A stretch of DNA of 10,677 bases from Promethearchaeota archaeon (GCA_048940925.1 JBHLOC010000061.1:1-10677); one strand, 5' to 3'; numbered from the stretch's first letter, positions 1 through 6,304 are shown. Numbers and translations: made by a program. The notes: generated from the letters alone by a model not told the origin.

Positions 1-51
1 AAACTTCCGTATAAGATTGAAAATCTGCCTTATGTAGATTATAGAATCTGA
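1..51 (+). CDS. Possible 3' end of a gene entering from the left edge (KLPYKIENLPYVDYRI*)
   Basis: Frame +1 is open from base 1 to TGA 49-51 and converges on the next gene; too short to identify. Confidence 0.4.
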   Translation, partial: KLPYKIENLPYVDYRI

Positions 52-116
52 ATTATATAATTAGAAATATAATCCATTAAGCTATATTAGTTGAATTTTT
101 GAACTAAATGAAATAT

Positions 117-557
117 CTATTCTCCTTTTTTTATCATCTCTAATTCGGATTCTATGCCCAGCAAATTTGCAACTTCAACTAATGCTTTCCATTCGGAATA
201 TGCATTTTCAGCTTCTCTTACTTTACCTTGAGACACCAGGAGTTTATGGGTATTGGCTTTTGATTCAATTAATCTTACAAAAATTCCCAATTTATCACTA
301 CCTTCTTCAGAATTCATATAATTTCTTAATGCATCGATCATTTTTGTTTCACTTTGTGAGACAGTGCCGATTGATTTCAAGGTATCACGAATTTCTGTCA
401 TTAAATCTCGATTATCTTCAAGCAATTTTAACTGTATTAGACAAATGTTAATAGCATCAGAATATGATTCACTCCCACTTTTTTCTTTGAATTCGTCTAA
501 TTTACTTTTAACAACATCATTTATTTCTATTGTTGGACTCATTTTCAATATATACAT
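117..557 (-). CDS. Hypothetical protein with N-terminal ribbon-helix-helix-like (antitoxin/CopG-type) DNA-binding domain and helical C-terminus
   Basis: 146-aa ORF; segment MSPTIEINDVVKSKLDEFKEKSGSESYSDAINICL resembles archaeal RHH-like proteins. True start may be the ATG at 542, with a TTTAAATA TATA-like box about 30 nt upstream on the minus strand. Confidence 0.7.
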   Translation of the reverse strand: MYILKMSPTIEINDVVKSKLDEFKEKSGSESYSDAINICLIQLKLLEDNRDLMTEIRDTLKSIGTVSQSETKMIDALRNYMNSEEGSDKLGIFVRLIESKANTHKLLVSQGKVREAENAYSEWKALVEVANLLGIESELEMIKKGE

Positions 558-889
558 GGGAATTGTATTATTTAAATTTTAATATCATCTTTCGAAAAGG
601 AAATAAAACTGCATCTTATTTGGAGGAGTATTAACTTGTAAAAAGTGTACCTTATTAATGAAAAAGCAAATAACAGTTAATAGATTGATACCTTCTTTTA
701 TAAAGATAACAAATTATGTAATCTATATTGATGTAAAGTCTGATTAGATATTATAGCTAACAAAAACGAGCATATTAATCAAGAATAAGATCATTTGATA
801 ATATTAACTTATAAACGTGATTATTTTTAAGAAATCAGTAAAGTTGCATTCTATAATAAATATAAAGAATGTTATCGTTAGATAATATT

Positions 890-1489
890 ATGAAATCAAA
901 AGAAGTTCTACGCTTGCTTAGAACCTCACGGCCCACATTATAGAGATATAAAGAACAAGGGATTTTAGATGCGTCAAAATTATCAAATGGTCAGTATAAT
1001 TTTGACGAGAAAACAGTTTATTCTTTCTTAAATAAGGATTTTCTAAGAAAGAATTATCTCTATGCGAGAGTATCTACATACAAGCAGAGAAAAGACTTAG
1101 AAAATCAAATTGAACTACTGAAAAGTTGGAGTTTTCAAGCAGGATATAAAATTAATGGAATATTTTCAGATATTACTTCAGGAATTAACTTTGAGAATTG
1201 AAAAGAATTTTTCAATTTACTTGATGAGGTTCTTGACTACAAAGTAGCAAATGTTATAGTTTTCTATAAAGATAGGCTTAGTAGAATTGGTTTTAATTTA
1301 TTTTATTATTTATTTCAAAAATTTGGTACAAATATTATTGTGATTTCTGAGGTAGGGAATGAAAAGTTGGATTTACAAGAGATATTTGAAGAAATTGTGT
1401 CACTCCTCCATTGCTATTCAATGAAATTATATTCAAAAAGAAAAAACAAATTTATTGATAATTTAATAAGAGAAGATGAGATTAACTGA
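890..1489 (+). pseudogene. tnpA: IS607-family serine recombinase transposase TnpA with two in-frame nonsense codons
   Basis: Manual translation: MKSKEVLRLLRTSRPTL*RYKEQG...YLYARVSTYKQRKDLENQ...SDITSGINFEN*KEF...YKDRLSRIGF...EIVSLLHCYSMKLYSKRK...EIN*. N-terminal MerR-like HTH, catalytic YARVS (Ser codon 1073-1075), DRLSR motif. Stops TAG 941-943 and TGA 1199-1201; no frameshift; overlaps the tnpB start by 14 nt. Confidence 0.93.
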
Positions 1490-2684
1490 ACTAATTCAAG
1501 TGAAATATTCGCAAGAATTATCTAAATTATGCCATTTAACTAAGAATCTCTACAATTTAGCAAATTGGTATGTTAGACAAGAATTCTTTAATCTCAATAA
1601 TATTCTAACCTATTATGATTTAGATTTCATTCTTAAAAATAAAAAAGCTTATCAGAGTCTTCCTTCTCAAACCTCTCAGCAAGTTCTCAAATATATAACT
1701 CGAAATTGGAAGGCTTATTTTAAGGCTCTTAGAGAATATCAAAAAAATTATAAGAAATTTAAGAGAAGACCCAAAATTCCACAATATAAAAAGAAAAATG
1801 GAGAATCAATTGCAATTTTTACCAATCAGCAATGTAAAATTAAGGATGGATATTTATATTTTCCAAAAAGGGTAAATCTTGAACCAATTAAGACCAGAAT
1901 AAAGGAAAGATTGAAAGAAGTAAGAATAATTCCATTAGGAGCAAAATATAAAATAGAAATCGTATATGAGATAGAAGAGGATAATTTAGGATTAGATAAA
2001 GCTCATGTGTTAAGTATTGATTTAGGATTAAATAATCTCATAACTGCGGTAAATAATAATGGATGCAAACCATTTATTATTAAAGGTGGGATGATAAAAT
2101 CCATAAATCAATATTATAACAAGCAATTGGCATATTATCGGAGTATAGAAAATAAGAAAGGCAATTTTACTGATACAAAACGGATTCAAAAACTCCATTT
2201 GATCAGGAACAATAAACTTACCACTATTTTTCATCGAATCTCTAAGGCTATTGTTGAATATTGTACTTTGCATAACATTGGAACAATTGTAATAGGGTAT
2301 AATCATGGCTGGAAACAAAAGATCAATATTGGAACACAGAACAATCAAAAATTTGTGCAAATTCCTTTTTTAAAATTATTAAAACAAATTAAATATAAAG
2401 CGAAATTAGTAGGGATTGAGGTTTCAAGAATTGATGAATCTTACACTTCTAAATGTAGCTTTCTTGATGATGAACCAATTGAAAAACATGAAGAATATGT
2501 AGGAAAAAGAATTTCCCGAGGTCTGTTCAAAACCTCCAAAGGTATTTTATTGAATGCTGATGTAAATGGAGCATACAATATTATGAAAAAAGGATTCCCA
2601 AATGCCATCTCGGTTGATGGGATAGAGGCATTCGGACTAATGCCACAAATACTACAACAAAACATTGTTGATACTATTATTTGA
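1476..2684 (+). CDS. tnpB: RNA-guided endonuclease TnpB (IS607-associated, rearranged RuvC-II type)
   Basis: 402 aa; RuvC-I SIDLGLNNL (D182), IVIGYNHGWKQ (G274 where the canonical Glu sits), IDESYTSKCS (E321), RuvC-III NADVNGAYNI (D362); directly downstream of tnpA. Confidence 0.95.
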   Translation: MRLTELIQVKYSQELSKLCHLTKNLYNLANWYVRQEFFNLNNILTYYDLDFILKNKKAYQSLPSQTSQQVLKYITRNWKAYFKALREYQKNYKKFKRRPKIPQYKKKNGESIAIFTNQQCKIKDGYLYFPKRVNLEPIKTRIKERLKEVRIIPLGAKYKIEIVYEIEEDNLGLDKAHVLSIDLGLNNLITAVNNNGCKPFIIKGGMIKSINQYYNKQLAYYRSIENKKGNFTDTKRIQKLHLIRNNKLTTIFHRISKAIVEYCTLHNIGTIVIGYNHGWKQKINIGTQNNQKFVQIPFLKLLKQIKYKAKLVGIEVSRIDESYTSKCSFLDDEPIEKHEEYVGKRISRGLFKTSKGILLNADVNGAYNIMKKGFPNAISVDGIEAFGLMPQILQQNIVDTII

Positions 2685-2721
2685 AATAAAATGAGTCCAG
2701 GTTTACTCGTTTTAACGGTCT
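2601..2721 (+). ncRNA. Putative TnpB omegaRNA/reRNA scaffold plus guide (5' end undefined)
   Basis: Stems seen by eye: CCATC 2605-2609/GATGG 2616-2620; GGCATT 2627-2632/AATGCC 2639-2644; CAAATA 2646-2651/TATTTG 2678-2683 enclosing CAACAA 2655-2660/TTGTTG 2665-2670; loop GGACT 2634-2638 complementary to AGTCC 2694-2698. TnpB RNAs are known to overlap the tnpB 3' end and the element right end. Confidence 0.6.
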
Positions 2722-2795
2722 TATCCAAAATCATTTATTATGTAAAATATTTCATATTTTAAGTTGAAAATTAAGTAATAAGGTAAAAGTGATAG

Positions 2796-3098
2796 ATAAT
2801 TACCAAGCCAGTTATTCATGTTTTATTAAAAAATGATGAAGAGAATTTCTGTGCGAAATGTTGCAAAACAAGAAATATTATTGAACGAATATTCGAAACA
2901 GTAACTGAATTTAAACAAAAAATAGATGTTAGTTATGAAGACATTAACTCACCAGATAGTATTAAGAATTTTGGAATTTTAACGCCACCTGCAATCATCT
3001 TTGAAGGTCACATCCTAACTGAAGGACATGTTCCAATTATGAAAAAACTCGCTCTGGAATTGCATAATTTAATTGGATTATCGAAATCAAAGGCGTAA
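2796..3098 (+). CDS. Small thioredoxin-fold redox protein (MTH895/Thioredoxin_3-like), not in ORF track, non-canonical start
   Basis: Open frame (I)ITKPVIHVLLKNDEENFCAKCCKTRNIIERIFETV...KIDVSYEDINSPDSIKNFGILTPPAIIFEGHILTEGHVPIMKKLALELHNLIGLSKSKA*; CAKC at 2850-2861, cis-Pro loop GILTPPAIIFEG and GHVP; stop TAA 3096-3098; in-frame TAG 2793-2795 limits the start to ATA 2796 or ATT 2799. Confidence 0.8.
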   Translation: MITKPVIHVLLKNDEENFCAKCCKTRNIIERIFETVTEFKQKIDVSYEDINSPDSIKNFGILTPPAIIFEGHILTEGHVPIMKKLALELHNLIGLSKSKA

Positions 3099-3369
3099 GT
3101 GATTTCAGATAAAAAGATACTAAATAGATGTTTAAAAGTTATTTATTTATGCATAATTTTAAGAAATTTAATACCTTTAGTTCTTTTTCATGCTTGAGAT
3201 CTAAATTCATAATAATTATATAATGATGAATTATGACCTCAATTATATTAAAAATAGAAGGAGAGCCTTCAATTAATCATTGTCATGCTTAATCTGAAAA
3301 AAGATTTTTACAAAAATGTTATAAATTAGCTAATAATATATATATTTATAACTTTAATAAAGAGTTTAT

Positions 3370-3987
3370 GTGGGTGAAAAAGTGCCTCCTAAATTTGTAG
3401 AATCAATAAAGGATTTAATTTTTTGGCGATACGCAAACATAATTTCTCAATCTGCAGGTTTTGGTCAGAATAAATCTATATTCATGACGAGCCGCTTCCA
3501 TAAGCTAAAAAAGGGTGATATAAAGTGGCCATCATCAATACAAGAGTGGATTAAAGAAAATGAGCGACGTGATGTGTGTAATTATTGTGATAAAAAAGAG
3601 GAGAATCTAATTGTAGGACATATATTACCATTATCACGAGGCGGTCCAGATCATCCTGATAATACAGTGAGGATTTGTAAAGAATGTAATCTTAAGAAAT
3701 CAAATAAGCGATTATATGAATTTAGTATAGTGGATAAAAAAGCTAAAGTCCCTCGAATTGTTGAAGGCAAATATTTGAAGTTAATATACGATTTACATGA
3801 TCAAGTTGAAACTTTAGATATTGAGGAAGTAGGTATTCTTTGTCCATATTGCGATTTGAAAAATAAATGTGAAGAATTTGGAACTGAAGAACAGTTAAAT
3901 GTCTACTGTCTTGAAGGAATATTTAAAGAGAATTTTAATTCAGAAAGATTAAAAAACCAAATAATACTTGGACCTTTAGAGCAATAA
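3370..3987 (+). CDS. HNH endonuclease-family protein with CxxC Zn site and extra C-terminal 4-Cys cluster
   Basis: CNYC...GHILPLSRGG...PDNTVRICKECNLKK is the HNH signature; C-terminal CPYC-x5-C-x12-C; GTG start with TTTATA at 3345-3350 upstream. Confidence 0.88.
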   Translation: MGEKVPPKFVESIKDLIFWRYANIISQSAGFGQNKSIFMTSRFHKLKKGDIKWPSSIQEWIKENERRDVCNYCDKKEENLIVGHILPLSRGGPDHPDNTVRICKECNLKKSNKRLYEFSIVDKKAKVPRIVEGKYLKLIYDLHDQVETLDIEEVGILCPYCDLKNKCEEFGTEEQLNVYCLEGIFKENFNSERLKNQIILGPLEQ

Positions 3988-4144
3988 GATGAATAAGAAG
4001 AAAGGAGTATATTCTATTTTCTTTTGATCTTCATTCGATAGGACTTAATTTTACAAAGAGTTGTATAGTTAATTAAGGTTATTTGCATATACTTTTAAAA
4101 AATCTCTAGGCTCTCTTTTATAAACTCAGCAAAATAAATATTGC

Positions 4145-4363
4145 TTACCATGCAGAGTGATCTAAGATTGCATTGGTGGGACAAACATCTTGACATGCCA
4201 TGCAATCGGTGCACTCACCGATATTTTCCGCAACAACCTTACCATCTATAAGTTCATACACTTCTGCAGGGCATACATTTATGCATTCTTCTGCTCCAAT
4301 GCATAAATCTAAATCAATTTCAACCCAATGTTCATTATCTTCCCACTTTTTTATATTAGCCAT
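4145..4363 (-). CDS. Dicluster ferredoxin, probably [3Fe-4S]+[4Fe-4S]
   Basis: CIGAEECINVCP (second Cys replaced by Ala) and CTDCMACQDVCP; acidic 72-aa protein; GGAG upstream of the ATG. Confidence 0.93.
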   Translation of the reverse strand: MANIKKWEDNEHWVEIDLDLCIGAEECINVCPAEVYELIDGKVVAENIGECTDCMACQDVCPTNAILDHSAW

Positions 4364-4550
4364 TTTTTAGAGAATCTCCATTTGATATTTTAAAGATAAA
4401 ATAATCTTTAATATAATAAATAATCTATCTTTAAATTTTTATTAAATAAAATGATTTTAAAAAATTTTCGTTGAAACTTTATAACTCTCACATTTAATTA
4501 AATTAATTGTTATTATAGAAAATAATCTGAATTAAAGTATTAATGAATTT

Positions 4551-5030
4551 TTACATTTTATACCTTTCAGCATCTAGTTGCTCATTACATAGTGTATCAC
4601 ATTTTTTGATATATGAATTATTGCGTGCTACATGAAAGAATTCCACCTTTTCATAGTTTTTACGAAGCTGATGGACAGTGCGATACAGCTTCTCCAGATG
4701 TGGGTAATTGATTTTCCATTTGTTATTAATTTGTTGAATCGCTAGATTACTGTCAGAATATACTTGTAGATGTCCTATATGGAACTTTTCAGCAACTTTT
4801 AGCGCATTGATAATTGCGTGATATTCAGCGGTATTATTAGTAGCAGTTCCAATATAACCAGCTTCTTCAAGAATAATGTTATCGTTATGAATGAATAGAA
4901 AAGCATATGCTGCAGGACCTGGATTACCGCGTGCAGCACCGTCAGTATAAATCTTTAGGATGTCTCGTTGTTTAATTGACTTCTTACTCATACTCATTAA
5001 AAGTCTATAATCTAGTTTAAATTTATCCAT
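4551..5030 (-). CDS. rnhA: Ribonuclease HI (type 1 RNase H)
   Basis: YTDGAARGNPG, TNNTAEY, VYSDS, FFHVARNN...KCDTL give all four acidic catalytic residues; start may be a downstream Met (MSMSKK). Confidence 0.93.
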   Translation of the reverse strand: MDKFKLDYRLLMSMSKKSIKQRDILKIYTDGAARGNPGPAAYAFLFIHNDNIILEEAGYIGTATNNTAEYHAIINALKVAEKFHIGHLQVYSDSNLAIQQINNKWKINYPHLEKLYRTVHQLRKNYEKVEFFHVARNNSYIKKCDTLCNEQLDAERYKM

Positions 5031-5071
5031 AAATCAAATATTCCGCGAACCTTTAAACAAGAATAGGATCG

Positions 5072-5079
5072 AAAAAAAA
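5072..5079 (-). terminator. Possible archaeal oligo-U terminator
   Basis: A8 on plus = U8 on minus, intergenic, upstream of the rnhA TATA-like box (5050-5057). Confidence 0.3.
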
Positions 5080-5106
5080 TAGTAAGTTTAATTTTAATAT
5101 TTTAAT

Positions 5107-5208
5107 TTATAATTTAGCAGTAATAATGAAAGAAGGTCTCTTTAATATTATCCCTTTATTTCTTTTTTTTTTATTAGATTTCGGTGTAAACTTCAAATTA
5201 TCTGCCAT
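5107..5208 (-). CDS. Possible 33-aa basic microprotein MADNLKFTPKSNKKKRNKGIILKRPSFIITAKL
   Basis: ATG at 5208, TAA 5109-5107; TTTTAAAG TATA-like element about 20-25 nt upstream; T8 tract on the minus strand at 5079-5072 downstream. No recognisable family. Confidence 0.3.
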   Translation of the reverse strand: MADNLKFTPKSNKKKRNKGIILKRPSFIITAKL

Positions 5209-5282
5209 ATATTTAAATGTTAATTCTTTAAAATAAACACAGCTCTAATCTTAAATAAAATAAGTGTTCTTTTGATTACATA

Positions 5283-5918
5283 TTACGTCTTTCTTTGCCA
5301 AATCCCTTTCATGCGTTTTTCTTGTTCTAACGGTTTTACATAACCTAATAATTCATTGAAAATGATTTTTTGATGCAAATTTGGTCGAAAAATAAATTTA
5401 GAATATTTTTTTTTCCAATAAAAACGTAAGCTATTAAGGTATACTACTAATTCTGAAATTTGTTTTGATGTAATTGCATTATATGAAGTTATTATGTTTT
5501 CCTCAGTATTGGATTCAATATTCCTTCTTAATAAGGTTCCATCGGTTTTTAATACATATATAGTCCCATTCAAATATATATCATTTTCTTTCTTATAAGT
5601 TAATCCGAGATATTGCGCAAACAACCTAAAATTTTGATTAATTTTAGTATCTAGATAATTTTTTTGAATTATATCTCGATTTTTATTTTTTATTAATGCC
5701 TTTAATTCTTGTTCTTCCATTTCGGGTCTACTTTTTTGGAGTAATTCATAATACTTTACTTGTAAATTAGTAAATATTAACATCTCGATATCGCTATAGA
5801 AATCTTGAACTTCACCAGTTAAAATTCTATCATCTTTGATATGATCCCAGATTATGAAAAAAAGTACAGCAATTGAAACCCCTAAACTTAAATATATTAT
5901 AATTTCCTCTGGTCTCAT
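5283..5918 (-). CDS. Hypothetical protein with a single N-terminal transmembrane anchor
   Basis: 211-aa ORF in AT-rich DNA; hydrophobic IIIYLSLGVSIAVLFFIIW near the N-terminus, soluble basic remainder; no motif recognised. Confidence 0.75.
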   Translation of the reverse strand: MRPEEIIIYLSLGVSIAVLFFIIWDHIKDDRILTGEVQDFYSDIEMLIFTNLQVKYYELLQKSRPEMEEQELKALIKNKNRDIIQKNYLDTKINQNFRLFAQYLGLTYKKENDIYLNGTIYVLKTDGTLLRRNIESNTEENIITSYNAITSKQISELVVYLNSLRFYWKKKYSKFIFRPNLHQKIIFNELLGYVKPLEQEKRMKGIWQRKT

Positions 5919-6304
5919 TATAATGTGATTAATTTTTTAATTTAATTCAATAAACATAGGTAATTTTTGATAGATAATTATTTTAGTTAAAACAATCATT
6001 AATAAGTTTTTAGGGAGAGAAAAAGGTTTAATTATAGTTCTTATATAATTCACCCTCAATTTAAAATATATGATTTTATAATCATATCTTAATTAAGTAG
6101 CCCTTGATTATAAGAAGATGAGAAATTCCGCCAAATATTTAAGAATTTAAAAAAGATTCTTAGATTTTATCAAGGGTTTTATTTAAATCATTATCAAAAT
6201 AGTAGAAAACAAGAAATGATTAATATAAATGGAATCTAAATCAATTTAAAGGATAAAAACTATATAATCCAAAATGTAATTCGGTTAATAAACACTTTAA
6301 AGAA

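Larger units (their letters stand above)
625..2701 (+). mobile_element. IS607-family insertion sequence (tnpA pseudogene + tnpB); ends tentative
   Basis: HTH + serine recombinase tnpA overlapping a tnpB is the IS607 architecture. Boundaries are inferred from the GG core typical of IS607: the nearest GG upstream of tnpA is 625-626 and a GG at 2700-2701 follows the predicted RNA pseudoknot; about 2.1 kb. Family call strong, exact ends weak. Confidence 0.85.

Noticed and set aside
167-582. Plus-strand ORFs 167..451 and 364..582
   Set aside because: Antisense shadows of the 117..557 gene; no motifs.
658-747. 29-aa ATG ORF MKKQITVNRLIPSFIKITNYVIYIDVKSD
   Set aside because: Short, no recognisable motif, GGAGG too far upstream, lies in the inferred IS left end.
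941-1201. Pyrrolysine/selenocysteine or alternative-code readthrough of the TAG and TGA in tnpA
   Set aside because: The TGA falls at an Arg position, not Cys; two different stops would need recoding; other genes in the window terminate at TAG and TGA.
1476-2684. TnpB as nuclease-dead TldR or as Cas12f
   Set aside because: Alternative Glu E321 and both Asp residues are present; no CRISPR array or cas genes; tnpA adjacent.
763-2713. AAAACGAG (763-770) / CTCGTTTT (2706-2713) as terminal inverted repeats of the element
   Set aside because: Only 8 bp, IS607 elements lack terminal inverted repeats, no target duplication; kept only as an alternative boundary to test.
2028-2734. Minus-strand ORFs 2028..2360 and 2441..2734
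   Set aside because: Antisense to tnpB; no independent coding evidence.
3223-3297. Canonical C/D box methylation guide or TIGR array
   Set aside because: No C'/D' boxes, no tandem repeat units, no Nop-domain gene, and I could not match the guide to rRNA from memory; retained only within the structured-region finding.
3370-5030. HNH + RNase HI as a defence or retroelement module
   Set aside because: Opposite strands, separated by a ferredoxin, no reverse transcriptase; no evidence of an operon.
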